61,388 nucleotides of DNA, filler included, from 3 parts of 3 records of this genome joined end to end with filler, not necessarily neighbours in it, one strand, 5' to 3'; counted from the whole stretch's first letter, positions 49,712-60,895 are shown. Made by a program: numbers and translations. Notes: generated from the sequence alone by a model not told the origin.

Positions 49712-50907
49712 GACTTCAAGATTTCCTTTACTTCTTCTATAGCTTTAATAAAATAGTCAATGTCATCTATTGAATTATAAACACCAACAGACATTCTGGC
49801 ATTACCCGATATGTTAAAGCACTTCATAAATGGTTGCGCACAATGATGACCGGTCCTTATAGCAATATTTTTTTTATCTAAAAGCATTGCAAGATCGTTG
49901 AAATGAACACCATCAATATTAAAGGAAATAATAGAAGTTTGATTAGTAAAATCTCCATAAATTTTTATATCATTATTTTTTTTCATCTGATTATAAGCAT
50001 ATTGAGTTAGTTTGCTTTCATATTCATAAATTTTATCAATACCAACATCATTTATAAAATCTATTGATGAAGACAAACCTATCACTTCAGCTATTGGCGG
50101 TGTTCCTGCTTCAAACTTTTGAAAGCCTTCAAGATATGTGCTAGAATCAGTTTCAACATTTTTTATCATTGAACCACCACCTTGGTACGGCCCTAGTCTA
50201 TTGATCCATTTGCTTTTCATGTAGAGTACACCAAGTCCTGATGGGCCATATAGTTTATGTGCAGAAAAAACATAAAAGTCAGGGTTGAGTTCTTTTATAT
50301 TAAGTTTTTTATGAGGAACAAACTGACACCCATCAATTAATATTGGTACATTAAATTTATTAGCTTTAATTTTAATTGCCTCAAAATTTGTTATAGAGCC
50401 AGTTACATTTGACATGTGAGTAATTGCTAAAAGTTTTGTTTTAGAATTAATTTTTTCTAAAAGATCATTATAATCTAACTCACCAGTAGATTTTATTTTA
50501 GCTGTTATTATTTTAATTTTTTTCGATACTAAATGCCATGGAACTAAATTAGCATGGTGCTCCAAAGAAGTTAGCAGTACTTCATCTCCATCATTAAAGT
50601 AATTCTCTGAAAGGCAAGAAGACACTAAATTGATTCCTTCTGTTGCACTTTTTGTAAAAATTATATTTTCAGATGATGGAGAATTAATAAATTTACTAAC
50701 TGTTGACCTTGCATCCTCATAACGCTTTGTTATCTTAGAACTTAATTCGTATATTCCTCTGTGAATATTTGCATACTCATATGAATAACAATCAGTAACT
50801 GCTTTAATCATACTATCAACTTTTAATGCAGAAGCGGCAGTATCAAAAAAAACCAAATTTGGATTTTTAGAAAAAACCGGAAATCTTTTTTTTAAATCCT
50901 CAATCAT
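49708..50907 (-). CDS. sufS: Cysteine desulfurase SufS
   Basis: ANIHRG, EHHAN, SAHKLYGP, FEAGTP, RTGHHCAQP. Confidence 0.95.
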   Translation of the reverse strand: MIEDLKKRFPVFSKNPNLVFFDTAASALKVDSMIKAVTDCYSYEYANIHRGIYELSSKITKRYEDARSTVSKFINSPSSENIIFTKSATEGINLVSSCLSENYFNDGDEVLLTSLEHHANLVPWHLVSKKIKIITAKIKSTGELDYNDLLEKINSKTKLLAITHMSNVTGSITNFEAIKIKANKFNVPILIDGCQFVPHKKLNIKELNPDFYVFSAHKLYGPSGLGVLYMKSKWINRLGPYQGGGSMIKNVETDSSTYLEGFQKFEAGTPPIAEVIGLSSSIDFINDVGIDKIYEYESKLTQYAYNQMKKNNDIKIYGDFTNQTSIISFNIDGVHFNDLAMLLDKKNIAIRTGHHCAQPFMKCFNISGNARMSVGVYNSIDDIDYFIKAIEEVKEILKS

Positions 50908-52126
50908 TTAATAAGCCATTTAAATATTCTGATAAATTATTACTTATTTTTTGAGCAGTATTTTTATCTAGATTTCGCAAATCTTCATCAATAAAAGAAG
51001 AAATGATCATTTTCATAGCCTCGTTTTTACTAATACCTCGTGAACGCAAATAATACAAAGCACTTTCATCAACAGGACCTATTGTAGATCCATGAGAGCA
51101 TTTTACATCATCTGCAAAAATTCTTAATTCAGGTTTTGAGAAAAAAGAACAATTATCAGTTAATAAAATTCCTTTACTTAGCTGATATCCCTCAGTCTTT
51201 TGTGCATTTTCTGAGACAAAAGTATTACTATAATAACTTGCCTTTGAATGATCATTTAAAATACCTTTATAAGTTTGACCGCTGACACAATTTTCTTCGT
51301 TATGAATGATGTTAGTTTTATTGGAACATATATTTTCATCTTTTAGAAAAAAACAACCTTTTAATGATGCGTTTGAGAATTCTCCATTTAAATTAACATG
51401 GTGAAAATTTCTTACAAAACCATCAGAGAAATTATAAGTATTTTGATTGTAAGAAGAATTTTTTTTACAAAAAGTATTTGAAGTTAAATAAAGTTTATTT
51501 GAATTTGTAAAATTTTGAAAAATGTTATGCTTAATAGCAGAACCTTCTTCAACATTAATATTATAATTTATATTATTTATTGAGTTGTTTGTTAAATTAA
51601 AGTTATCTTCTAATTTAACTTCACATCTTTTTTTAAAATTGATAAAATTATTTTGAAATATTGTAAAATTATCAGAAGTATCATGTATTAGTCGAATGCT
51701 AAGTTTAGCATCACTTTTAATATTAAAAAAAACGCCAGAATTTAGAAAAATTTTATTTAAATCAATTATAATATCATCTAAATTATTTTTATCTTCATTT
51801 AAGAAAATTTTAAAATCTAAGTTTGTCAGATTTCTTATTTCAATATTATCATCTTCATAGTTTTTGCAAATTCCATTTACTAATTTGATTTCATAATTAA
51901 AATTATCAGTTAACGAAACCTTAGAAACTTCCTTTATAGGTTTATAAAAATAATCAAATTTAATTAAATCTGAAATCGTAAGATTTTTAAGACTTTCATT
52001 ATTTTTTTTATCGTAATTTTTTTTTGTAATTTTGTTAAATATTCTCTCCCTTTCTTTTGATAAAATATTATTATCGGAAAAAATATATTCTTTAGAATGA
52101 TTAATAAAATTACTTTCAAAAGACAT
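50900..52126 (-). CDS. sufD: Fe-S assembly protein SufD
   Basis: KPELRIFADDVKCSHGST, YYLRSRGI. Confidence 0.92.
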   Translation of the reverse strand: MSFESNFINHSKEYIFSDNNILSKERERIFNKITKKNYDKKNNESLKNLTISDLIKFDYFYKPIKEVSKVSLTDNFNYEIKLVNGICKNYEDDNIEIRNLTNLDFKIFLNEDKNNLDDIIIDLNKIFLNSGVFFNIKSDAKLSIRLIHDTSDNFTIFQNNFINFKKRCEVKLEDNFNLTNNSINNINYNINVEEGSAIKHNIFQNFTNSNKLYLTSNTFCKKNSSYNQNTYNFSDGFVRNFHHVNLNGEFSNASLKGCFFLKDENICSNKTNIIHNEENCVSGQTYKGILNDHSKASYYSNTFVSENAQKTEGYQLSKGILLTDNCSFFSKPELRIFADDVKCSHGSTIGPVDESALYYLRSRGISKNEAMKMIISSFIDEDLRNLDKNTAQKISNNLSEYLNGLLND

Positions 52127-52867
52127 TTAAAAATTCTGATAACCTGATGTCTCTATTTCAGCAGCTAAAGAAATATCACCTGATTTTACTATTTTACCAT
52201 TTCTCATAACATGAACATAATCAGGATGAATGTAGTCTAAGAGTTTTTGATAGTGTGTTATAATCAAATAAGAATTTTTTGGATTTTTAAATTTATTAAT
52301 TCCTTCTGTAACTATTCTTAAAGCATCAACATCAAGACCAGAGTCAGTTTCATCAAAAATTGTAAGTTCAGGATTAAGAATACTCATTTGAAGAATCTCG
52401 TATCTCTTTTTTTCACCACCTGAGAAACCTCTATTAATTGATCTCTTTAGCATATCACTACTTATACCTAGTTCTTCAGCATTTTTTCTTAACAGTTTCG
52501 CGAATGAAAGACTATCTAGTTCTGGTTTTTTTTTACTTTTAAGTTTTGAATTTAAAGAAGCGTGAAGAAATGGAGTAATATTTACACCTGGTATTTCAAC
52601 AGGATACTGAAAAGCCAAGAAAAGGCCTTTTTGAGCTCTTTCTTCAATATTTAAATCTAAAAGATTATCATCCTTAAAGATAACTTTACCTGAATTTACT
52701 TCGTAGTCTTCATTGCCTGCAAGAACATTTGCCAAAGTACTTTTACCACAACCATTTGGGCCCATTATAGCATGAACCTCACCTTCGTTTATGGTAATGT
52801 TAAAATCATTTAGAATTTTTTTACCCTCAATAGATACATTCAAATTATTGATATTTAAAAAAATCAT
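52127..52867 (-). CDS. sufC: Fe-S assembly ATPase SufC
   Basis: [35 protein letters not shown]. Confidence 0.97.
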   Translation of the reverse strand: MIFLNINNLNVSIEGKKILNDFNITINEGEVHAIMGPNGCGKSTLANVLAGNEDYEVNSGKVIFKDDNLLDLNIEERAQKGLFLAFQYPVEIPGVNITPFLHASLNSKLKSKKKPELDSLSFAKLLRKNAEELGISSDMLKRSINRGFSGGEKKRYEILQMSILNPELTIFDETDSGLDVDALRIVTEGINKFKNPKNSYLIITHYQKLLDYIHPDYVHVMRNGKIVKSGDISLAAEIETSGYQNF

Positions 52868-54315
52868 CCAACACTTCCTTCTAATGAAATTGATACTAAC
52901 TTTTGAGCCTCTACAGCAAATTCCATCGGTAATTCTTGAAGGACTTGTTTACAAAATCCATTAACAATTAATGAAACTGCTTCTTCATGACTGAGACCTC
53001 TCTGTCTGCAATAAAATAATTGATCTTCATTAATTTTAGAAGTGGATGCTTCATGTTCAACAATCGCAGAATTATTTTTTGAGTCTATGTAAGGAATTGT
53101 ATGTGCTCCACATTTGTTACCAACTAAAAGAGAGTCACACTGAGTATAATTTCTTGCCTTATGAGCTTTTCTTAGAAATGAAACATTGCCTCTGTAAGTA
53201 TTTTGAGAGTTACCTAAAGAAATTCCCTTTGAAATAATTTTACTACGAGTATTTTTACCAATATGGGTCATTTTTGTGCCAGTATCGGCTTGTTGAAAAT
53301 TGTTTGTAATAGCAACAGAATAAAATTCTCCAATTGAGTTATCACCTTTAAGAATACAACTTGGATATTTCCAAGTCACAGCTGATCCTGTTTCTACTTG
53401 AGTCCAGGATATCTTGCTATTTTTACCTTTACATAAACCTCTTTTTGTAACAAAATTATAAATACCCCCTTTTCCCTCTTCATCACCTGGATACCAATTT
53501 TGAACAGTAGAATATTTTATTTCTGCATTTTCTAATGCAATTAATTCAACATTTGCAGCATGTAGTTGATTTGTATCTCTTTGTGGGGCAGTGCAGCCCT
53601 CAAGGTAACTAACATAACTTCCCTTGTCTGCAATAATCAAGGTTCTCTCAAACTGACCAGTTTCTTCAGCATTAATTCTAAAATAAGTAGAAAGTTCCAT
53701 TGGGCATTTAACGTTTTCAGGTATATAGACAAAAGAACCATCAGTAAAAACTGCAGAATTAAGGGCAGAGAATGAATGATCGCCCGGAGGGATAACTGAT
53801 CCAAGATATTTTTTCACCAATTCAGGATGATTTTGTACAGCCTCACTAATAGAGCAAAAAATAATACCAAGCTTTTCTAGCTCACCCTTATATGTAGTTG
53901 CAACTGAAACGCTATCAAAAACAGCATCAACTGCAACTCCAGCTAATACTTTCTGTTCTTCAAGAGGAATACCAAGCTTGTTATAAGTTTCAATTAATTT
54001 TGGATCTACCTCACTTAAGTCTTTGGGCTTATCTTCAAAACCTTTTGGAGCAGAATAATAATAAATATCCTGATAATCAATTTCTGGATACTTTAAATTT
54101 GCCCACTGAGGATCTAACATTTTTAACCATTTTTTATAACAATCAAGTCTCCAAGTAAGCATCCACTGAGGTTCGTTTTTCCTCTTAGAAATATATTTTA
54201 TTACTTCCTCATCCAGGCCTTTCTTTGGCCTATCTGAGTCAATATCAGTTACAAATCCATATTTATATTTGTCTTGAACGTATTTATCTAATGTTTGACT
54301 AGTTTCTGTATCCAC
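52864..54315 (-). CDS. sufB: Fe-S assembly protein SufB
   Basis: [39 protein letters not shown] start. Confidence 0.98.
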   Translation of the reverse strand: MDTETSQTLDKYVQDKYKYGFVTDIDSDRPKKGLDEEVIKYISKRKNEPQWMLTWRLDCYKKWLKMLDPQWANLKYPEIDYQDIYYYSAPKGFEDKPKDLSEVDPKLIETYNKLGIPLEEQKVLAGVAVDAVFDSVSVATTYKGELEKLGIIFCSISEAVQNHPELVKKYLGSVIPPGDHSFSALNSAVFTDGSFVYIPENVKCPMELSTYFRINAEETGQFERTLIIADKGSYVSYLEGCTAPQRDTNQLHAANVELIALENAEIKYSTVQNWYPGDEEGKGGIYNFVTKRGLCKGKNSKISWTQVETGSAVTWKYPSCILKGDNSIGEFYSVAITNNFQQADTGTKMTHIGKNTRSKIISKGISLGNSQNTYRGNVSFLRKAHKARNYTQCDSLLVGNKCGAHTIPYIDSKNNSAIVEHEASTSKINEDQLFYCRQRGLSHEEAVSLIVNGFCKQVLQELPMEFAVEAQKLVSISLEGSVG

Positions 54316-54374
54316 AATTAATCAAATAAGGTTTTATTACTAAAAATCCACTCTTTTCAACTAAAAACAGGTTA

Positions 54375-54394
54375 ATTTAGAACCGATTCTAAAT
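54375..54394. promoter_or_regulatory. Irr-box (ICE)-like palindrome upstream of sufB
   Basis: ATTTAGAA-CCGA-TTCTAAAT; half-sites match the ICE TTTAGAA/TTCTAAA but the spacer is 4 nt rather than 3. Confidence 0.5.
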
Positions 54395-54403
54395 ATCTAA
54401 ATA

Positions 54404-55495
54404 TTAAGTAATCCATCCCCCACCTAAAACTTGATCATTTTTATAAAAAACACAAGCTTGGCCTGGGGAAGTAGAGGAAATTGGTTCGTTAAATAGAAAA
54501 TATCCACCATCATTAATAATTTTCAATTTTCCTGATATTTCATTTTGAGTTGATCTGATTTTTGCTGAACATTCAAGTTCTTGATTTAAAATCACTTTAT
54601 CTAGTAAATTTATATTTTTAAAAATTATTTTATTTTTTTGTAAACTTTCGTAAGGAGCTAAAACAATATAATTTTGATTTTTATTAACCTCCTTAACATA
54701 TAGAGGTTTTTCTTGACCCCCAACTCCTATTCCTTTTCTTTGACCAATAGTATAATTAGCTATGCCCTTATGAACTCCAATTTTATTTCCATTAATATCA
54801 AATATATCACCTTCTTTGTTAGCCTCAGGTTGAATCTTGTTAATTAGATCTCTATAAGAATCAGAAGTAACAAAGCATATATCTTGGCTATCAGGTTTAT
54901 CACTAACGATTAAATTATAATCAACTGCCATTTGTCTTATTTCCGATTTTAGATAACTACCAAGAGGGAAACGAACATAATCTAATTGATCCTGGAGAGT
55001 TGCGAATAAAAAATAACTTTGATCCTTTGTTTTGTCTTTTGCCTTAAAAAGTTTTGATTCTTTGAGACCACCTTTCCTTATTGCATAATGCCCTGTAACA
55101 AGAGCATCAGCGTTTATTTTTTTTGATTCTTCCAATAAATCAGAAAATTTTACAGTTTGATTGCATTGAATACAAGGAACTGGAGTTTCTCCATTTGCAT
55201 ATGAATTAACGAAACTATTAATAACTCCATTAAAAAATTTATCTTGATAATCAAAAATTTTATGAGCAAAATCATACTGTTCTGCTACTTTTTTTGCGTC
55301 ATTAATATCTATTCCTGCACAACATGATTTTGACCTTGAGGAATTTGACTGATTATAAAGCCTTAAGGTTACACCCGTAACATCATATCCTTCCTTCTTT
55401 AGCTTTACCGCAGCGACTGAACTATCAACACCTCCAGACATTGCTACAATTATCTTTGTGTCTTTTTCTTTTTTATTAAATCCAAGTGAGTTCAT
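54404..55495 (-). CDS. mnmA: tRNA 2-thiouridylase MnmA
   Basis: AMSGGVDSS, TPVPCIQCN, TGHY, KDQSYFL, DSQDICF, YTIGQRKG, PGQACVFY. Confidence 0.97.
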   Translation of the reverse strand: MNSLGFNKKEKDTKIIVAMSGGVDSSVAAVKLKKEGYDVTGVTLRLYNQSNSSRSKSCCAGIDINDAKKVAEQYDFAHKIFDYQDKFFNGVINSFVNSYANGETPVPCIQCNQTVKFSDLLEESKKINADALVTGHYAIRKGGLKESKLFKAKDKTKDQSYFLFATLQDQLDYVRFPLGSYLKSEIRQMAVDYNLIVSDKPDSQDICFVTSDSYRDLINKIQPEANKEGDIFDINGNKIGVHKGIANYTIGQRKGIGVGGQEKPLYVKEVNKNQNYIVLAPYESLQKNKIIFKNINLLDKVILNQELECSAKIRSTQNEISGKLKIINDGGYFLFNEPISSTSPGQACVFYKNDQVLGGGWIT

Positions 55496-55553
55496 AAATT
55501 AGTTGATCTATATATTTACAAAGTCACTTTACTTCAATATTAGCTTTTAATTA

Positions 55554-56195
55554 ATGGTTGATTTATTAATTTCGGGACCTGAGGGTAAAATTGAAGCGAA
55601 ATACACCCACAATAATAATAATGAGTCTCCAATAGTGCTTATTCTCCACCCAGACCCATCAAGAGGGGGGACTATGAACACGAAGATAGTTTTTAAACTC
55701 TATAAATTATTTATAAATAATGGCTTTTCAGCCATAAGATTTAATTTTAGAGGTGTTGGAAAAAGTGAGGGAATATTTGACGACGGAGAAGGTGAATTGA
55801 GTGATGCAGCTAGTGTTTTAGACTGGTTACAGCAATACAATACCAACTCTAAAATTTGCTGGGTAGCTGGCTTTTCTTTTGGTTCTTGGGTTGCAATGCA
55901 ATTATTAATGAGAAGACCTGAAATAAATGGATTTGTGAGTGTCTCACCTCCAGCAAACCTTAGAGATTTTAGCTTTCTTGCTCCCTGCCCTTCATCAGGA
56001 CTTATAGTTCATGGAGATAAAGATAACATTGCATCTTTTGACTCTTCAAAAATTTTATCAGAAAAATTGCAGAAGCAAAAAAAAGTCGATATTAAATTTA
56101 AGCCAATCAAAGGTGCAGATCATTTTTATGAGAATTATTCTCAAGAATTTAGTAATATTGTTGATAGTTACATTAAAGATAGTCTAAAATCTTAA
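55554..56195 (+). CDS. Alpha/beta hydrolase (Atu1826-like, often near Fe-S clusters)
   Basis: HPDPSRGGTM, RFNFRGVG, GFSFG, LLMRRPE, GADHF. Confidence 0.9.
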   Translation: MVDLLISGPEGKIEAKYTHNNNNESPIVLILHPDPSRGGTMNTKIVFKLYKLFINNGFSAIRFNFRGVGKSEGIFDDGEGELSDAASVLDWLQQYNTNSKICWVAGFSFGSWVAMQLLMRRPEINGFVSVSPPANLRDFSFLAPCPSSGLIVHGDKDNIASFDSSKILSEKLQKQKKVDIKFKPIKGADHFYENYSQEFSNIVDSYIKDSLKS

Positions 56196-56207
56196 TATAA
56201 TAATTAT

Positions 56208-57449
56208 ATGAATTTTAAATCTGATTTTTTAAGAGAAATTAATTCTCGTGGTTTTATTTATCAATCAAGTGATATTGATAATCTAGATAAGCTGTTATCT
56301 AAAGAGAAAATAACTGCATATATTGGTTTTGATATAACTAGTGACAGTCTTCACATTGGAAGTTTAGTACAATTAATGCTACTTAATTGGTTAGATACTT
56401 ATGGTCATAAAACTATAGCTTTAGTGGGAGGTGGAACTACCCTTGTAGGGGACCCTTCTGGAAAAGATAGCACCAGAAAAATCATGACTTTGGATGAAAT
56501 TTCTAAAAATATACAAAAAATAGAGAAAACCTTTAATCAGTTTATTAATTTAGAAAAAAATGCTTCAATAATAAATAATTATGATTGGTTAGCAGATTTA
56601 AATTATATTAGTTTTTTAAGAGATATAGGTTCTAAATTAACTATTAATAAAATGCTAACATATGAGTCAGTTAAAAATAGATTAGATAGAGAGCAGCCTC
56701 TTACATTTTTAGAATTTAATTATATGCTTCTTCAATCCTATGACTTTTATCATTTAAAAAAAAATTACAACTGCGTTCTTCAAATGGGAGGATCTGATCA
56801 GTGGGGAAATATTATTAATGGTATAGATTTGGTAAGAAAAATGCTTAATGAAAAAGTGTATGCTCTTACCTCTCCATTAATAACTAATGCTGATGGCTCT
56901 AAAATGGGTAAAACTGCAAAAGGCGCAATATGGTTAGATGAGTCAAAATTAAGTAATTTTGAATTCTATCAATTTTGGAGAAATATTGAAGATGAAAATG
57001 TTAATAAATTTTTGAAATTATTTACAAAAATAAATTTAAATGAAATCAAAAAATTATCACAATTAAAAGGTAAAGAAATTAATGAAGCAAAAAAAATTCT
57101 TGCATTTGAGGTAACAAAAATAACCAGGGGCTTAGAGTCTGCAAATGAAGCAAAAGATATTGCAAATAATATTTTTAATAAAAAAACTCTTGATGAGAGA
57201 ATTCCTACATTTGATGTAAAGTTTTCCGAAATTGAAGGTTCAAATTTTTTAATTTTAGATGCAATTGAAAAACTTAATTTAAGTAAAAGCAGAGGTGACA
57301 CTAAAAGATTAATTAAATCTAAAGGTATTAAAGTTAATGATGAAATTGTTAGTGCACAAGACTTATCTCTTAAAGTTTACTCTAAATTTTCAGAGATTAA
57401 AATCAGTGTAGGTAAAAAGAATTTTGGAATTTTAAAAATAAAAAAATAA
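56208..57449 (+). CDS. tyrS: Tyrosine--tRNA ligase
   Basis: YIGFD...SLHIGS, GDPSG, QMGGSDQWGNI, KMGKT, C-terminal S4 domain. Confidence 0.98.
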   Translation: MNFKSDFLREINSRGFIYQSSDIDNLDKLLSKEKITAYIGFDITSDSLHIGSLVQLMLLNWLDTYGHKTIALVGGGTTLVGDPSGKDSTRKIMTLDEISKNIQKIEKTFNQFINLEKNASIINNYDWLADLNYISFLRDIGSKLTINKMLTYESVKNRLDREQPLTFLEFNYMLLQSYDFYHLKKNYNCVLQMGGSDQWGNIINGIDLVRKMLNEKVYALTSPLITNADGSKMGKTAKGAIWLDESKLSNFEFYQFWRNIEDENVNKFLKLFTKINLNEIKKLSQLKGKEINEAKKILAFEVTKITRGLESANEAKDIANNIFNKKTLDERIPTFDVKFSEIEGSNFLILDAIEKLNLSKSRGDTKRLIKSKGIKVNDEIVSAQDLSLKVYSKFSEIKISVGKKNFGILKIKK

Positions 57450-57454
57450 CTACA

Positions 57455-58547
57455 TTATTGAGATAGTGATTTTTCTAAAAAGTCATCAATCTCTCCATCT
57501 AGAACATCATTTACATTGGATGACTCGTGATTAGTTCGTAAATCCTTAATTAATTTATAAGGATGAAGTATATATGATCTTATTTGACTACCCCATCCTA
57601 TTTGTTGCTTTTGATCATTAATTACATTTTCCTTTTCTTTTTTCTTTTGTAACTCATGTTCATATATTCTAGATTTTAACATATTCATTGCATAGGCTTT
57701 ATTCTTATGTTGAGATCTGTCATTCTGACATTGTACAACAATATCAGTAGGAATATGCTTAATTCTAACTGCACTATCAGTAGTATTAACATGCTGTCCA
57801 CCAGCGCCTGAAGCTCTATATGTATCTACTCTCAGATCTGATTCTTGTATTTCAATTTCAATTTTATCATCTATCTCAGGAAAAACCCATACACTTGCAA
57901 AACTTGTATGCCTTCTTTTATTACTATCAAAAGGTGAAATTCTTACTAATCTATGAATACCACTCTCTCTTTTTAACCAGCCATAAGCATAGTCTTTTTC
58001 AATTTTAATGGTTGTTGATTTTATGCCTGCCTCTTCACCTCTTGTCTCCTGCAAAAGCAATACTTTTGCTTCTTTTTTTTCAGCCCATCTAATATACATT
58101 CTTGTAAGCATTTCTGCCCAATCTTGACTTTCCGTCCCCCCTGCCCCTGCATGGATTTCAAGAAAAATATTGTTTGGATCAACGCTTTCACTCATTAAAT
58201 TCTGAAGTCTTGATTTATTTGAAATATCAAGAGTTTTAATGGTTTCCGGTAAAAGCTGATCAAAATACTCTTCATTATTTTCTGAAACTGCTATTTTAAA
58301 TAAACCTTCAATGTACTCAAGGTTCTCCTTAATGATGTCAAAATCTTTTATTTTTTTTTCTATATTTTTTATTTTTTGAAATATAGGTTTGGCATTATTA
58401 TCTTTCCAAATTTCGGGTTTTTCACTTTTAGTTTTTAATTCTGTTAATTCAATTTTTAACGCAGAAAAGTCAAACCCCCCTCCTCAGTAAATCATAATTT
58501 TTTTTTATAATCTCTAAGTTTTTTAAAATTATCTCTCTTGATGTCAT
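57455..58547 (-). CDS. prfB: Peptide chain release factor 2, with programmed +1 frameshift
   Basis: SPF and GGQ motifs. ATG at 58547, 25 codons, in-frame TGA at 58472-58470; the +1 frame (GAC TTT TCT...) is open for 92 codons into the listed ORF, giving about 363 aa. Confidence 0.95.
58469..58484 (-). promoter_or_regulatory. prfB frameshift cassette (internal SD + shift site)
   Basis: AGGAGG-GGG-GTT-TGA-C on the minus strand. Confidence 0.85.
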
Positions 58548-60895
58548 TAATTAGTTAATAAACCACCTGTTCCAGAAATGGAATTGTTAATTATACCTAG
58601 CGAATCCAAAATACTAACATCATCTTTTGTATAAGGTTCCGATCCCTCTATAAATGCCTCCATAATACTGTCTTTATCACTTGAAGGAAGCCCGGTTTTA
58701 TTATTTATTGTCACAAAACTCAAGCCAGACGGTACTCTAAAAGGGATATTATTTTCATTGGTTTTAGATTTTTTTATAAAATCTCCAAATATAGGAACCG
58801 CAACAGATGAACCTGTTTGCTTATAACCTAGGTTTTTTGGAGTATCATAACCAACAAAAATACCAACTACTAAATCAGGTGAATAACCAATAAACCAAGC
58901 ATCTTTGTTATCATTAGTTGTACCTGTTTTACCTGCGAGAGGTATTTTTAAATTTTTTAAACTTTTCGCTGTTCCTCTTTGTATTACACCCTCCATCATA
59001 GATGTAATTTGGTAAGCTATTTTTGGATCAAGTATTTCTTTGGCTAAATTATGTATTTCAGGTAATTTATAATTAATATTTATCGTTTCTAATTTGCAAT
59101 TGTTGCAAAACTTATTTGAATTATCAAAGATTTTTTTTCCTTTCCTAGAATAAATACTTTTAATAATATTTGGCTTAATTTCTTTACCACCATTAGCAAT
59201 GATCCCATAAGCATTTACTAAATCAATTAATGTCACTAAACCTGAACCTAGGGACATTGACATATTTCTATCTAAGTATTTTTCAATCTTAAAATCTTTT
59301 GCTGATAATAAGATTGTATCAAGACCAATTTTATTTGCTAATCTAATAGTCATCAAATTTCTTGATTTTTCAATACCTGTTCTCATTGTAGTTAAGCCAT
59401 AAAACTCATCAGAATAATTTGCTGGTTTCCATTTTGGCAAACCTGGACCCTGATCTATCACATAAGGAGCGTCTAATATTAATGTTGATGGCGTATAACC
59501 TTTATTTAAGGCTGAAATATATACAAATGGTTTAAAGGCAGATCCTGGCTGTCTTTTTGCTTGAGTAGATCTATTGAATTGACTAAGTTGAAAACTAAAT
59601 CCACCTGACATTGCTAGTATATCTCCTGTAAAAGGATCAATAACTATAATGGCCCCATTAACATTTGGAATTTGCTTAACGACATATGATAAATTATTTT
59701 TTTCAATAAATAATAAATCGTTTTTTTCAAATTTTTTATTAATTAACCATTTGTTTGCTTTAAGAGTAAGATCAATTTCAATATTTTTTAATTTATTACT
59801 TGATAAAAATAATTTATTTGAATCTACTTTTTCTATTTTTGTCAAAAACCATTTATTAGGAAAAGGGTTTTTTATTTCTTTAATTACGTCTTCAAATTTT
59901 ATTTGATAATCATGTAAATTACCAACAGGCCCTCTCCAACCTTGATTTTTATCATACTGAATTAACCCATTTACTAGTGACTCCTCTGCTAATTGTTGTA
60001 AATCAGAATTTAGAGAAGTCTTTATAACTAAACCCTCAGAATATAAAGTTTCAGCTCCATAACTTGAAAATAGTTTTTTTCTAATTTCTTCATAAAAGTA
60101 ATCAGCCCCAATAAACGCTCTGCTATCTCTAGCAATTAACTTAATTGGTTTATTTTTAAAACTAAGATCATCGTATTGTATAAAGCCATTTTCATACATC
60201 CTATCAATTACCCAATTTCTTCTTTCAAATGCTTTTACATAATTTTTGTGAGGATTATAATTATTTGGAGCTTTAGGCAACGATGCCAAAAAAGCAATTT
60301 CACTTAAGTCTAATTCATTAATTGATTTATTAAAATAATTTAAACTAGCTGCAGCAATTCCATAAGATCTGAATCCTAAATAAATATCATTTAGATATAA
60401 TTCTAATATTTGATTTTTACTTAAAATATTTTCTACTCTAATAGATAATAATATCTCTTTAATCTTTCTATCAAAACTAACTTCATTTGATAATAATAAA
60501 TTTTTAACAACTTGCTGGGTAATAGTTGAGGCGCCAATAAGTTTTTGATTATTAAAAATTGTCAAAATATTGGATATTGTTGCTCTAATAATAGCAATAG
60601 CGTCTATTCCAAAATGAGTATAAAAATTTTTATCTTCAGAAGATAAAAAGGCATTAATTAATTGTGTTGGAATCCTTTCGATTGGAATAAAAATTCTTTC
60701 CTCTCGATGATATGATTTTAATAAAAAACCATCTGAGCTGTAAAGCCTTGAAGATAACTCTGGTTTGTATTTAAGAATTTTACTATAGCTTGGTAATTCT
60801 GGACTGTATTTCCATAAGAGACTAACAAATAACAAACTTGTAATAACTGCTGATAAAGTAAAAAAAGTTATAAAAATTTTTAAAATTTTTAACAT
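58547..60895 (-). CDS. mrcA: Penicillin-binding protein 1A
   Basis: EDKNFY.H.G, GASTITQQ, RKIKE transglycosylase motifs; SAFK, SRN, KTG transpeptidase motifs. Confidence 0.95.
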   Translation of the reverse strand: MLKILKIFITFFTLSAVITSLLFVSLLWKYSPELPSYSKILKYKPELSSRLYSSDGFLLKSYHREERIFIPIERIPTQLINAFLSSEDKNFYTHFGIDAIAIIRATISNILTIFNNQKLIGASTITQQVVKNLLLSNEVSFDRKIKEILLSIRVENILSKNQILELYLNDIYLGFRSYGIAAASLNYFNKSINELDLSEIAFLASLPKAPNNYNPHKNYVKAFERRNWVIDRMYENGFIQYDDLSFKNKPIKLIARDSRAFIGADYFYEEIRKKLFSSYGAETLYSEGLVIKTSLNSDLQQLAEESLVNGLIQYDKNQGWRGPVGNLHDYQIKFEDVIKEIKNPFPNKWFLTKIEKVDSNKLFLSSNKLKNIEIDLTLKANKWLINKKFEKNDLLFIEKNNLSYVVKQIPNVNGAIIVIDPFTGDILAMSGGFSFQLSQFNRSTQAKRQPGSAFKPFVYISALNKGYTPSTLILDAPYVIDQGPGLPKWKPANYSDEFYGLTTMRTGIEKSRNLMTIRLANKIGLDTILLSAKDFKIEKYLDRNMSMSLGSGLVTLIDLVNAYGIIANGGKEIKPNIIKSIYSRKGKKIFDNSNKFCNNCKLETININYKLPEIHNLAKEILDPKIAYQITSMMEGVIQRGTAKSLKNLKIPLAGKTGTTNDNKDAWFIGYSPDLVVGIFVGYDTPKNLGYKQTGSSVAVPIFGDFIKKSKTNENNIPFRVPSGLSFVTINNKTGLPSSDKDSIMEAFIEGSEPYTKDDVSILDSLGIINNSISGTGGLLTN

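Noticed and set aside
57455-58195. prfB as a truncated gene or pseudogene
   Set aside because: The upstream frame is open and joined by a frameshift cassette at the expected codon position.
1190-59906. Many short antisense or overlapping ORFs in the track (e.g. 2032-2355, 8723-8977, 29462-29737, 56969-57301)
   Set aside because: They lie within confidently assigned genes, have no motifs, and are typical shadow ORFs.
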